Of a DNA stretch of 64,000 nt, positions 38,788 through 48,456 are shown in pieces. A program made the position numbers and the translations under genes. The stretch comes from Shigella phage SFPB. A model generated the notes under the pieces. That model was not told the DNA's origin and did not search any database. It was given only the letters and a program-made list of their open reading frames with translations. The stretch lies in sequence record OQ031072. One strand, 5' to 3'. How positions within the stretch are numbered: position 1 is the stretch's first letter; each line of letters opens with the position of its first letter.

Positions 38788-38928
38788 ATGTTAGATATCA
38801 TTAAAAACCCTATCCTTTGCGGTATGATTGTCTCTGTTGTGTTGCCATTAGCAATACTCATCATTGGTGAAATCTCAGATAAACTTTTTGATAAAAAACT
38901 ACTTGCAATACAGAATCAAAACAAGTAA
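38788..38928 (+). CDS. small membrane protein (46 aa, cassette-driven)
   Basis: Cassette + ATG; below cutoff. Confidence 0.3.
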   Translation: MLDIIKNPILCGMIVSVVLPLAILIIGEISDKLFDKKLLAIQNQNK

Positions 38929-38992
38929 AGTATTTATCAACGGGGAGGAGACTTCCCCACTAAAACAAAATTCCTAAACTGGAGAATCTAGA

Positions 38993-39520
38993 ATGAATAA
39001 GTTCCAAGCAATTAATCATATCCGTTCCAATGCAGTAATGAGCAAGCCAGTAAAAGACACCTTCGAATTTCGCTGTAATGACAAGTTGTTTGCAGTCATT
39101 ACGAAAGGGGAAGATAAAAAGTATTATGTACATCGCCAAAACGTTAAGGCGGTAACAGCAGATAACTTTATGCAAGCTGTTGCAAAAATTCTACCGGATT
39201 TTATGGAACTGGTAGCAGAACTTTGTGAACACTGCATCAAGTCATCAAAGGCAGAATTAAACCGCTTTAAAATGGCTTATGAGCGTTCTATCAAGTCTCA
39301 TAACATGTATATCATGCCATTGGCTTTTGGTACTCAGGCAATGGGAACAGGTTGTCATCCTTGCCACCTTTACGATGTAGAAAGCATTTACCTTAGTGAG
39401 ACAAAAGATATTGATTTTAGTTTACAGTTAGGACAAGCATTAAACGATATGATTAAATTACACGAAAAATCCGTAAAAGATATGCAAAAAGAGCTTGACG
39501 AAATCATCGTAAATCTATAA
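38993..39520 (+). CDS. hypothetical protein (cassette-driven)
   Basis: ORF track 175 aa. Confidence 0.5.
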   Translation: MNKFQAINHIRSNAVMSKPVKDTFEFRCNDKLFAVITKGEDKKYYVHRQNVKAVTADNFMQAVAKILPDFMELVAELCEHCIKSSKAELNRFKMAYERSIKSHNMYIMPLAFGTQAMGTGCHPCHLYDVESIYLSETKDIDFSLQLGQALNDMIKLHEKSVKDMQKELDEIIVNL

Positions 39521-39580
39521 AGTACTTATCAACGGGGAGGGAATGACCTTCCCCAACAATCCTAAACTGGAGACTAGAAA

Positions 39581-39844
39581 ATGAATAATCAAGAAATCAC
39601 TATCCTGTTACAAATTGGCACTGACAAAGAAGATATCCAACTTTGCAAACGTATTGAGAGTGATTGGTTCAACGGTGAAATCATCGCAGAATCTTATGAA
39701 GTAGTTGGATTCATGAATGGTGAAGTTGTAAGCCATTTTGGTTTAACTAAATCTGAAGCCGTTGCAAAGTATGACGTTTTATCTTGTGAGATTCTTACAA
39801 AATACAATGAAAAAAGACTTGCAACTTATGCAGCAATGAATTAA
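39581..39844 (+). CDS. hypothetical protein (cassette-driven)
   Basis: ORF track 87 aa. Confidence 0.5.
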   Translation: MNNQEITILLQIGTDKEDIQLCKRIESDWFNGEIIAESYEVVGFMNGEVVSHFGLTKSEAVAKYDVLSCEILTKYNEKRLATYAAMN

Positions 39845-39907
39845 TATTACTTTCAACGGGGAGGAGACTCCCCACTAAAACAAAATTCTAAACTGGAGAC
39901 TAGAAAG

Positions 39908-40084
39908 ATGAATTTTGAACAGCGTATGATTAGTAAATTTGGTGCTAAACGTTGGGAAGAGATGAAAAAAGAGCACGAAGAAAGAAAAAATGAAGAAACG
40001 GTAGTTATCACTGGTGTAGACTTACTAAATCACTCAGTTACTAACTATATCTTATCTGGTAACTCTTATAAGAAAGTTATCTAA
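39908..40084 (+). CDS. hypothetical small protein (58 aa, cassette-driven)
   Basis: Cassette + ATG; below cutoff. Confidence 0.3.
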   Translation: MNFEQRMISKFGAKRWEEMKKEHEERKNEETVVITGVDLLNHSVTNYILSGNSYKKVI

Positions 40085-40156
40085 TAAGTGTTGACAAGGG
40101 GTGTAAAAGCCCCTACTATTTAGAACCTAAACAATCCTAAACTGGAGAATCTGAAA

Positions 40157-40408
40157 ATGGCTACTATCCGCGCAACTGTTAATAATTTTGGCTTCCACGT
40201 ATTAGATGTTAAATTCGATATGGTTGGAACTGCCGATGCTTTCGGCATGGTTGATATGTGTCTAAAAGCAACTATTCAGGACTACAATCAATCTGAGTGG
40301 TTCTGGAAAGAAGTAAAACAAGAAGTCTTAAAGGATGGCGTATCCTCTTACTATTGGGGTGATTCTCTTATCACGCTTTACTATGAAGTTGACGGCTTCA
40401 ATAACTAA
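40157..40408 (+). CDS. hypothetical protein (cassette-driven, last of array)
   Basis: ORF track 83 aa. Confidence 0.5.
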   Translation: MATIRATVNNFGFHVLDVKFDMVGTADAFGMVDMCLKATIQDYNQSEWFWKEVKQEVLKDGVSSYYWGDSLITLYYEVDGFNN

Positions 40409-40449
40409 CAAGACGCCGCAACGGGGCAAATAGCCCCAGACCCTATACA

Positions 40450-40472
40450 AGCCCCTTCAATGGGGCTTTTTG
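40450..40472 (+). terminator. rho-independent terminator
   Basis: AGCCCC-TTCAAT-GGGGCT + TTTTT. Confidence 0.7.
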
Positions 40473-42017
40473 ACGTCTATACAATCTCTTTCTAGACTCT
40501 TACCAGACATTTAGAATAATAACTCTATAGATTACTCTATAACCTCTTATCAAATCAACTAACTTTTCCCTTAAATATAAGCCCATAACCCGAAAGGGAA
40601 GGGCAATCCCTAAAACGCTCTATAACGCTCTATACGGGCTTATCATCTCATCTTAAGCAATCATATTAAACCATTCTTAAAAGCCCTTCATAGAGCTTTC
40701 TAGAGCCTTAAAAGAATCTTATAAGGATATAAGCTTTATTATCTCGTTAGTATCTTGTGAATGGTTAAACAGGGGCTTGATAATAGCTTTAAAGTATGTT
40801 ATGGAGACTAAAAAGAGCTTAAAAGTAACGTAAAAGATGCTTAAAAGTAACGTAAAAGTTAGCCCCCTTTACATTCTCTTAACAAAATCTTAACAAATGC
40901 AACATAGTTATGCTTATTAGAGACTTGTTAAGCCTCAGTTAAATCCTTGTTAGAGGTATGTTAAAAGCTTGTTAGACACTTTGAAGTCCCTGTATAAGCC
41001 CCTAGAAAGCCCTATAAAGAGCTATACAGGTATTTGGGGTGTAGTTACTAGGGAGAATCTTAGAAGAGGCTATACAGAGCTACAGAGAACTTTTAAGAGG
41101 GCTTTATAGAGAATCACTAAGAAGGGAAGGGAACTATAGACCAAGAGATAGTGACCATGTTAATAGCTTGTTAAAAAGGTTTAGAACTTGTTAGCATCTT
41201 GTTAATTATCTTAACAAAATAACTATTAAGATTTAACTATTTAGCAACTTATAAGCAACTTGTTAGATTCTTGTTAGTAATGTTACAGAATGGTTAAGTT
41301 CTTGTTAGTTCTGTTAAGGGATTGTTAAGAACTCTGAAGAGATGTTAAGAGCTTGAGAGAGTTGTTAAGAGATTGTTAATGATATTTTAAGATTTTGCAA
41401 AGGGGATGTTACAGGGCTGTTAAGGGCTACCAAGCAGATATACACCCATGAGGTAGATTCTACCGAATCCACTAGTAGATATTTTTAGATTCTCCAAAGA
41501 CCCTAAAAAGTAACCTACCTAGTCTATTTTATAAAAATTTTATAGAACTGAATAACTATCTATACACTATCTTATATAAAACAGGAATTAACAGGCTTAT
41601 AAGATACCTTGTTAGTACCGTGTTAGACCTTGTAGGATAAGCCTTTACAGGGAATACCTGTTTAGTGTTATATAACAGTCTATATAGAGGCTTAGTTGAC
41701 CCTAGTGAACCATCTATAGAGAGTACTCTCTGTGACATAGAGATTAAGATGGATATAGGGGCTTCTAAGGGGCTATGAAGAGACTAGGAAGGTGATTATA
41801 TAGGTTTGGAAGAGGGCTTGTTAGAGAGCTTTGTAGAGGGCTATTTAGAAGGGGCTATATAGTTTCACTAGATAGAGACTAAGAGGCTATATAGATACTA
41901 TATAATACTATATAGAGAGTATGCTTAGATAGGTTGTTTAGAAGGTCTAGATATTTTATCACATATCATGGTGACCCAAGATGAACGGAGTGAATCCAAA
42001 TTTTATAAAATAATAAA
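40473..42017. repeat. ORF-free repeat-dense region; candidate origin or terminus-associated region
   Basis: No credible ORF; many short repeats (CTTGTTAG/TTGTTAAGA family, GCTATA(T/C)AGAG family); bounded by convergent terminators. Confidence 0.5.
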
Positions 42018-42036
42018 AGCCCCAAAAGAGGGGCTG
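42018..42036 (-). terminator. hairpin terminator at end of minus-strand operon
   Basis: AGCCCC-AAAAGA-GGGGCT with A-run on plus side. Confidence 0.5.
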
Positions 42037-42044
42037 TAAAGTTC

Positions 42045-42710
42045 TTAGCAAAGGTTATCTATGACAGCCTGAATAGCTGGAATAGTTGTGTGATAAAAAT
42101 GAGTGTTTCCGTTATGGGCTTCTCTCACTTGTAACATGATAGAGTGACCCTTTACAGGGAAGCATTGAATGTGATAACGATTCCCGTTAAATACTACTCC
42201 ACCACCTGAACAGAACCCTTCCAAGACTGACTTAGCAAGGAACTCTTCTTTCCCTGTGACCTTTATGAAGACACCCCTGTTAACTTGTGAATGGTAAATG
42301 TCTTCCATAAACAGCATCTGTTGTCCACCAAGTGAAACCATAGAGATACCTTTACGATTCTGCTCTTTAACATATATCTCAAGTTTCTTCAAAGTCTCTT
42401 CATAGAACGGATAAGACTTCTTCACAAAGATACCTTCAAGTGGCTCATCACCAGCATCTTCACGTTCATCTTTAAGTCTCTCTACAAGACAATTAAGACT
42501 TCTTCTCTCGCTATCGTCAAGATACTTATTGATATCTTCCAAGCTAAGTACCAAGTACTTTCTCTCTAAGTTAAATTCTTTGGTCATCTCTATCAAATCC
42601 TTAAAAGCTTTTTCAGTAACCTTCTTCCATTCTTCTGAGTTCTTCTTCTGAGGGAGTACCATATCTCTCAAGAACTTGAAACTCTTCTTCAGACGGGCTT
42701 CCATAATCAT
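42045..42710 (-). CDS. hypothetical protein
   Basis: ORF track 221 aa. Confidence 0.45.
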   Translation of the reverse strand: MIMEARLKKSFKFLRDMVLPQKKNSEEWKKVTEKAFKDLIEMTKEFNLERKYLVLSLEDINKYLDDSERRSLNCLVERLKDEREDAGDEPLEGIFVKKSYPFYEETLKKLEIYVKEQNRKGISMVSLGGQQMLFMEDIYHSQVNRGVFIKVTGKEEFLAKSVLEGFCSGGGVVFNGNRYHIQCFPVKGHSIMLQVREAHNGNTHFYHTTIPAIQAVIDNLC

Positions 42711-42715
42711 ACTCT

Positions 42716-43174
42716 TCAGAAATCGATTCTGTAGTCTGAACGGCTATAGTTTGCTGTAATGAATCCATCGTAACCTACCAACCATCTTCCATAGGTGTTA
42801 AAAATTGAAGTGTTATCAGCACTCATAATATCACCTTCATAGCCTAAATCGTCAATCTCTCTAACAAGCTTAATAGAGCCGACTGTTTCACCTGTTGGTG
42901 CATGTTTGATGATGTATACACGATTTAATTTACAATCTTCTTCTTCTTCACGTAAATCATATGGCTTCAGTAAATCTCTATCTGCTTGTAAGTTGGACTC
43001 TGAAAAAGCTGCATGAACCATGTAAGCTTCTGAACACTCCCAGATAAAGCTATGAAGAAGAACCTTTGCAGCATTTCTTGAACAATCAAATTCTGCAACG
43101 ATATCTTTGTACATGTCATCTTTAGTTCCGTTGTTAAGCAAAGCTTTACGGACTACCTCTTTAACATTCTTCAT
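42716..43174 (-). CDS. hypothetical protein
   Basis: Track ORF 169 aa; likely start MKNVKE at 43174. Confidence 0.4.
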   Translation of the reverse strand: MKNVKEVVRKALLNNGTKDDMYKDIVAEFDCSRNAAKVLLHSFIWECSEAYMVHAAFSESNLQADRDLLKPYDLREEEEDCKLNRVYIIKHAPTGETVGSIKLVREIDDLGYEGDIMSADNTSIFNTYGRWLVGYDGFITANYSRSDYRIDF

Positions 43175-43457
43175 CTTTCCAATCCTCATCCCTCTCAATC
43201 TGAAACTCATCAGGCAACTCTGCAATAGCTTTCAAGTAATATGCTTCTTGAATACTACAGAGGTCTTCATAACCACCATTCATAAGCCAGTTGTAACCAG
43301 CAGGTACACCATCTTCATCACAGAACCCTGTGTAGAACATCGCTTTATGAATCATGTTAAGTGGCTTGTAAGCAACTTCAACGATGTAGAAAGTGTTATC
43401 TTTCCAACCACCCTTTGGAGGATGGATACCTTTAACGCCTCTGGATTGTGGAGTCAT
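43161..43457 (-). CDS. hypothetical protein
   Basis: ORF track 98 aa. Confidence 0.4.
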   Translation of the reverse strand: MTPQSRGVKGIHPPKGGWKDNTFYIVEVAYKPLNMIHKAMFYTGFCDEDGVPAGYNWLMNGGYEDLCSIQEAYYLKAIAELPDEFQIERDEDWKDEEC

Positions 43458-43498
43458 AGATTTTCCTCTAAACAGGGGCTTTTACACCCCTTGACAGA

Positions 43499-43708
43499 TT
43501 ACTCTTCAGCAGATTCTTTATCTTTCTTTGAAGAAGTCTTTTTATCTTTCTTCTTAGTCTCAGTTGCTGCAATAGCAATGTCAACAAGCTGTGCTAAGTC
43601 AGATTTAATCACTGTTACTGGTTGTTCGTTGTAGAAACCTTTCTCAAGGTACTCTTTGAACTCTTCCAGAGTGTTAAAGCCAAAAGGCTTGACAGGTGTT
43701 CTAATCAT
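43499..43708 (-). CDS. hypothetical protein (Lys-rich C-terminus)
   Basis: ORF track 69 aa. Confidence 0.4.
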   Translation of the reverse strand: MIRTPVKPFGFNTLEEFKEYLEKGFYNEQPVTVIKSDLAQLVDIAIAATETKKKDKKTSSKKDKESAEE

Positions 43709-43778
43709 TTACCCTCCGAGATATCTTTTAAGATTTTCTGGTTAATCATTTCCGCAATAGCATAGCGGATACAAACTA

Positions 43779-44285
43779 CTAAAATTTTAGGTTGCATTCT
43801 TTACTTACCTCTTCAAACTTACTCTCAAACTCTACAATCTTCTTCTTGTAAGTTGTCATTCTCAAACATGAGAGGATGATACCAACTATTGGAATCACAT
43901 ACAAGAACCAAATCTCAGAAATTTTCTTCTCAGCTTGGTTAAACGTTAAATCCTGCATGTACATGCCACCGAATGAGATTACACAAATCATAGCAAGGAA
44001 TACAGATAACATGATTGCTATTCCTGCCCACCCTCTGGTATTATGTTCAGCATTTCTACGCTTATTTTCCAGATTGATAAGTTCGTTGTAGTCTGCTGAG
44101 AAGTCTCTGTAGAAAGCTTTCAAGTACTCTCTGCTGTAACCTTCAAAACATCCTGTACCAAACCAATTTTCACCTCCAAAGTGTGAAATAGTTCCTTCTT
44201 CACCGTTTGCTTTCACAATCTTGAAAGATACATGGTGTCTTGACTTCTCATAAGAAATCTGGTCTCTTGAATCTTCATAAATCAT
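43779..44285 (-). CDS. membrane protein (two predicted TM helices)
   Basis: ORF track 168 aa; hydrophobic AGIAIMLSVFLAMICVI and IWFLYVIPIVGIILSCL. Confidence 0.4.
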   Translation of the reverse strand: MIYEDSRDQISYEKSRHHVSFKIVKANGEEGTISHFGGENWFGTGCFEGYSREYLKAFYRDFSADYNELINLENKRRNAEHNTRGWAGIAIMLSVFLAMICVISFGGMYMQDLTFNQAEKKISEIWFLYVIPIVGIILSCLRMTTYKKKIVEFESKFEEVSKECNLKF

Positions 44286-44500
44286 TGTTCAATCCTCTTT
44301 AATCGTGCATTCCACTCTCTGTCAATCATTCTCTGGAATGTCTTACCTCTTGGAGTAACATTCTTAAGTGACTCTTCAGTACATACCAGAATATCACCTC
44401 TGGCAAACTTGCCATAGCACTGTTTAGTCTTCTTAGCTCGTCTGTACTGCTCAGAAACAGAGAGCTTCCAGTATTCACCTAGAGTTGTAAACTTTTTCAT
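44282..44500 (-). CDS. hypothetical protein
   Basis: ORF track 72 aa. Confidence 0.4.
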   Translation of the reverse strand: MKKFTTLGEYWKLSVSEQYRRAKKTKQCYGKFARGDILVCTEESLKNVTPRGKTFQRMIDREWNARLKRIEQ

Positions 44501-45237
44501 TCTTTCACCATTGCATTGTAGAATTGCCTTTGAATCTCTTCAGCAATCTGATAAGGTGTTAAACCAGCTTTTAACATCATCCTTACTGTGTACTCAATGT
44601 CATTCTTATTAACCACATGGTCTGTGACACTGATTGCTTCTTTTAACTCTTCAGCTTTCTTTTTAGCATCTTCACAAGCATTGGTCAACATGGAGTCAAA
44701 TTTCTTTTGTGGTGTAGTCCAAGCATGGCTATGTGGATTCGCATCACAGAAATACTTGAAGTAATCTCTGACATTATCTACGACCAGAGTTTGATGACCG
44801 TTTTCTTTAGCTTGATATCTAGACTCTTGCTCAGGTACATCTGCGAGTCTGTGTGTAGGAGCCTCAATAGTAACATCAATCGTTCTAACCTTTGGAGTTA
44901 CCTCTTTCTTCAGAGTCGGAGTTGCCTCAAAAGTTGCCTTTTCAGACTCTTCATCTTTAACAATTCCAGTATCTACCAAAGCAATACCAAGGAGGTCTCT
45001 AAAGCTTCCTGTGAATACCAGATTTTCTATATCAGCAGTTGAATAAACTTTACCAGCCCACAAATGTCCTTCTGCAAGGTTTTGAGAATCTGGGTACAGC
45101 TTGAAGTGTATATTTTTCAAAGGTCTGAAGTACACCACACCACTATCAGAGACATGTGTGACCGTGGCTGCAACTCTACGCAATGGGTTTTCCTTGACAT
45201 ATATAAATATTGTATCTGATTCATTAACTTTGTTCAT
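44497..45237 (-). CDS. hypothetical protein
   Basis: ORF track 246 aa. Confidence 0.45.
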   Translation of the reverse strand: MNKVNESDTIFIYVKENPLRRVAATVTHVSDSGVVYFRPLKNIHFKLYPDSQNLAEGHLWAGKVYSTADIENLVFTGSFRDLLGIALVDTGIVKDEESEKATFEATPTLKKEVTPKVRTIDVTIEAPTHRLADVPEQESRYQAKENGHQTLVVDNVRDYFKYFCDANPHSHAWTTPQKKFDSMLTNACEDAKKKAEELKEAISVTDHVVNKNDIEYTVRMMLKAGLTPYQIAEEIQRQFYNAMVKE

Positions 45238-45307
45238 TTTATCTCTCCAACAAAAAAGGGAACCACCTTTCGATAGCTCCCATCATACAAAATTCTAGAT
45301 ATTACTG

Positions 45308-45901
45308 TCAAGTATATTTTCTAGGCAGTAACTTACTTTTTCTGCTTCGAACATCTTCAAGGATAGCTATGAAGTCATCAGAAGCACCCTTCCAAGGGCT
45401 GAAGTTTGGGATATGCTGACGAATAGCTTCAATAATCGTCTTCATACCTGTGTTCTTCGTCCACCAATCTGAGCTTGAAGCAGTCATAACAAAGAACTGC
45501 TCATCATCGGTTAAGATGACCTCTTTAGTGAATGGGGAGGTGTACGTGGTGATAACTGAACCGCCATTCATGTAATATGTACGCTTGTGGACTTTATCAA
45601 GCATATCATGTAGGTCACCAAACAGTTTCACAACCTCTTGGTGGTTAATGTCTTTCTCAAGGTCTAAACGGTACTTCAGAAGTGCTTCATCAACTTCTTT
45701 AGATGAGAACTTAAAGTACTGCACATCTTCAATGATACATGCAGAGATGTTGTTCACATCCATAGTCAATTTGACAACTTTTGCTGGTGAGTTAATGTTT
45801 GGCTGGAACGCAGCAAGCACACCCTGAACATTACCGTAGTGTTGAACTAATGCAACTTGTGGAGAATCAACTCCACCATTTTCTTTAATGTTTACACTCA
45901 T
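45308..45901 (-). CDS. hypothetical protein
   Basis: ORF track 197 aa. Confidence 0.45.
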   Translation of the reverse strand: MSVNIKENGGVDSPQVALVQHYGNVQGVLAAFQPNINSPAKVVKLTMDVNNISACIIEDVQYFKFSSKEVDEALLKYRLDLEKDINHQEVVKLFGDLHDMLDKVHKRTYYMNGGSVITTYTSPFTKEVILTDDEQFFVMTASSSDWWTKNTGMKTIIEAIRQHIPNFSPWKGASDDFIAILEDVRSRKSKLLPRKYT

Positions 45902-45902
45902 A

Positions 45903-46247
45903 CTATAACTTCCTCACTAAATACTTTTTAAGTGGTGTCTTCGGTTTTTCAAAGACCTCAATAGAATCTATTTTGATGCCCTCACCACGCATACCTGTGG
46001 ATTGGTAGATGTAGAACTCAAGCATCCCTATATTTTTAGCTGGCATATCATGCTTAACAAAGATGGTCACTGAATCTTCACTTTTAAAGATTACTGTACC
46101 ATCTTTATACACAAGCTTATCAGGTTGTTTATAGTCAAGCATATCAAACATCAGAAATAGTCTTTGCTGACATTTGTCCAGCCTTGATGACAGGGCTTCT
46201 TGTATATCTGCAAAATTCTTATAAACAACGATGTGGAGCTTAAGCAT
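45903..46247 (-). CDS. hypothetical protein
   Basis: Track ORF 145 aa; likely start MLKLHIV at 46247 overlapping upstream stop. Confidence 0.4.
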   Translation of the reverse strand: MLKLHIVVYKNFADIQEALSSRLDKCQQRLFLMFDMLDYKQPDKLVYKDGTVIFKSEDSVTIFVKHDMPAKNIGMLEFYIYQSTGMRGEGIKIDSIEVFEKPKTPLKKYLVRKL

Positions 46248-46533
46248 CTGCGTATTCTCTGACGAAGAAGTAGTTGATTTTGTTATCAGATACCAGAAGG
46301 TCATAGCAAGTAATTTCGAACTTACTCTTTTCAGCATCATAGCTGGTGTATGGCTCAGAAACTTGCTTTGTTGACACTTTTGGGTTATTAGGGTTTAAAA
46401 GGCCACCATAAAGTTTCTTAATGGCCTTTGATACCACACTCCAGATAACATCATCAGTGAGTTCTTCGTACAGGTCAAACTCAGCTTCGTAGCTGAAGTC
46501 ATTAATCGGAAAGATAACCTGTACTTTACTCAT
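46240..46533 (-). CDS. hypothetical protein
   Basis: ORF track 97 aa. Confidence 0.4.
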   Translation of the reverse strand: MSKVQVIFPINDFSYEAEFDLYEELTDDVIWSVVSKAIKKLYGGLLNPNNPKVSTKQVSEPYTSYDAEKSKFEITCYDLLVSDNKINYFFVREYADA

Positions 46534-46534
46534 A

Positions 46535-46915
46535 TCAAACTACCTGTGTAACTTGCAACGCTTCTGTTACGGAGATATCACCGACTTTTTCTTCTTTGAT
46601 GAAGGTGAAAGTTAGAAGAGTTGGTTCTTTAACCTCATCTTCCCGAGGTACACCATTCAGTTCATCAAAGATAGCTTGTGTAGTCCAATCTTCCTGACCG
46701 TCTGGGTAGTGGTAAGCATATTTGTTAAAGTTCAGGTCAAACCATCCAAAAATTGGACAACCATCTGCATCATCCCCTCGGTGGTCTAATGTGCTACCTG
46801 ATTCAAACTGTAACTTCAGTTTCCCATTGTCTTGGAAAATAATTGCTTTTGCAAAATCGCGGCAATCGTTATCATCGTGACCTGAAGTGTCAACCAATAC
46901 ATCAATCTTATTCAT
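46535..46915 (-). CDS. hypothetical protein
   Basis: Track ORF 159 aa; likely start MNKIDV at 46915 overlapping upstream stop. Confidence 0.4.
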   Translation of the reverse strand: MNKIDVLVDTSGHDDNDCRDFAKAIIFQDNGKLKLQFESGSTLDHRGDDADGCPIFGWFDLNFNKYAYHYPDGQEDWTTQAIFDELNGVPREDEVKEPTLLTFTFIKEEKVGDISVTEALQVTQVV

Positions 46916-47318
46916 AATAACCTCTCTCAGCTTTCTCAATTTTATCCAGAAGTTTAATACACTCATTGTTATGGTATGTAGCCTCACTCTGGTGTAACTT
47001 CTTCTTCTGCTCAAGTAGAACTTTATAGTAACCTGATAACTGCTCTCTTGTCAAGGGGTGCTCTGAAATAATATCAAGAGAACTTTCACCTAAAGGTGAG
47101 AACATGCCATTGTCATCCACGTTGTACAGTTCACCAGCAAAGAAACCTTTGTTAGCCATTGTGATAGGTGAACGTTCAATGACCTCAACAACAAACTTTG
47201 TGAACACCTTATCTCCCATCGTAATCAACTTGGTTCCTGCAATACGAACCTTCATACCACTTCTTGTGTACTTGAAAGTACCATTATCATCTGCCCAAAG
47301 CTTCATAGTTTTCTCCAT
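46908..47318 (-). CDS. hypothetical protein
   Basis: ORF track 136 aa. Confidence 0.4.
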   Translation of the reverse strand: MEKTMKLWADDNGTFKYTRSGMKVRIAGTKLITMGDKVFTKFVVEVIERSPITMANKGFFAGELYNVDDNGMFSPLGESSLDIISEHPLTREQLSGYYKVLLEQKKKLHQSEATYHNNECIKLLDKIEKAERGYYE

Positions 47319-47321
47319 AGA

Positions 47322-47346
47322 AATAAAAAAGGCTCCCGAAGGAGCC
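47322..47346 (-). terminator. rho-independent terminator (minus strand)
   Basis: GGCTCC-CGAA-GGAGCC with A-run on plus strand. Confidence 0.6.
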
Positions 47347-47356
47347 TCTTAATCTA

Positions 47357-47827
47357 CTATTTTGGATAAACAGCGTCAAGGTAAATCTTGGCTTCCAAAC
47401 TACGTCTATTTTGTAGACCCTTGGAAGTTACTTTTTGACCATTCACTGTAATCTTGTTCCACCACTGCATAGCTTCTGCACAACCAACTTTATTACCAGC
47501 ATTGTGACGCTTGATAAAAGTTGAATCCTGCATAGCACCGATACCAATGTTGTAAGTCTCTACAACAAGTGCGTCAAATTCGTTCTGCGTAGTCGGAACC
47601 TTAATTGCTCTGTTTACTGCACCTACATAACTTTCAACATCTGCAAGGAGATATTGAACAGCTTGTTCAGCAGTAATCTTCATCCCCATTGTTACAGGTC
47701 TTCCGTTGATACGGATTGTTCCATAACCAATTGTAGGGATTCCAGCAGAGTCTTTATAGGCTTCTAAGCGAAGCCCTTCAAAGAACTTAATGGCTTCTAA
47801 GCCTTTACTTGAGAGTTGCATTATCAA
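47357..47827 (-). CDS. endolysin, GH24 lysozyme
   Basis: LEAYKDSAGIPTIGYGT matches GH24 catalytic motif. Confidence 0.85.
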   Translation of the reverse strand: MIMQLSSKGLEAIKFFEGLRLEAYKDSAGIPTIGYGTIRINGRPVTMGMKITAEQAVQYLLADVESYVGAVNRAIKVPTTQNEFDALVVETYNIGIGAMQDSTFIKRHNAGNKVGCAEAMQWWNKITVNGQKVTSKGLQNRRSLEAKIYLDAVYPK

Positions 47828-48456
47828 CCTCCTACTGCGTTAATAACCACCTTGGCAGATTGGGATGTGATTGAGCCACCTACACCAGTTACAACACAAG
47901 AGTAAGTACCTTCATCATCAGCTTTAGAAGTCGGTGTCTTTTCATATGTTGCAGATGTTGCTGAAGGGATATCTACATCATCTTTCTTCCACTGATAACC
48001 AGTTGCACCAGTGGCAACAACTGAAAGTGTAAGTGTTCCACCCTCGTTAACAGTTTGGTCAGTTGGCTGCTGTGTAATAACTGGAGGTGTGATTGCATCC
48101 TTCAACTTTGCATTAAGCATGGAGAAAGGTTTAACCCTTGCAAGCCATTCACAGTAAATAGTGTCAACATCTTTACCGTTGATGATTGCATACTGCAAAT
48201 CCATGAAGAAGTCAGCAGTTCTCATTTGAGCACCTACAGAGTATAGGAGTTCTTCAGAGAATGGAACTGTGTAGCTTGGGGTGTAGTTGAAATCGGTAAC
48301 CTCAGCAATGTCTGACTCAGGCCACGGAGAGCTATATGTCAGTGGTAGCACAGCTTCTTGATACGTTCTGAAGTCGTATCTCTTACCAGCTTTAACATTC
48401 GCAATAAAAACTTTTACGAACTCTTTAAAATCTGGATATGTTTTTGCTTTAATCAT
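47824..48456 (-). CDS. protein with C-terminal Ig-like domain
   Basis: C-terminus ...TLTLSVVATGATGYQWKKDDVDI...GTYSCVVT Ig-like; N-terminal domain paralogous to next ORF. Confidence 0.45.
   Translation of the reverse strand: MIKAKTYPDFKEFVKVFIANVKAGKRYDFRTYQEAVLPLTYSSPWPESDIAEVTDFNYTPSYTVPFSEELLYSVGAQMRTADFFMDLQYAIINGKDVDTIYCEWLARVKPFSMLNAKLKDAITPPVITQQPTDQTVNEGGTLTLSVVATGATGYQWKKDDVDIPSATSATYEKTPTSKADDEGTYSCVVTGVGGSITSQSAKVVINAVGG

Larger units (their letters stand above)
33600..40160 (+). repeat. array of at least 16 repeated promoter/stem-loop/RBS cassettes, one before each small ORF
   Basis: Each intergenic unit: -35 TTGACA/TTTACA, 17-nt spacer, -10 TAGTAT/TAAAGT, GGGG...CCCC hairpin, then CAATCCTAAACTGGAGA(A/T)TC and ATG 8-10 nt later. 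Confidence 0.65.

Noticed and set aside
33590-40470. Possibility that the repeated cassettes are a CRISPR array
   Set aside because: Repeats are about 60-90 bp promoter/hairpin/RBS units separated by protein-coding ORFs of variable length, not short uniform repeats with unique spacers; no cas genes.
41556-41738. Minus-strand ORF (60 aa) in the repeat-dense non-coding region
   Set aside because: No RBS, low-complexity translation, sits in repeats; likely non-coding.
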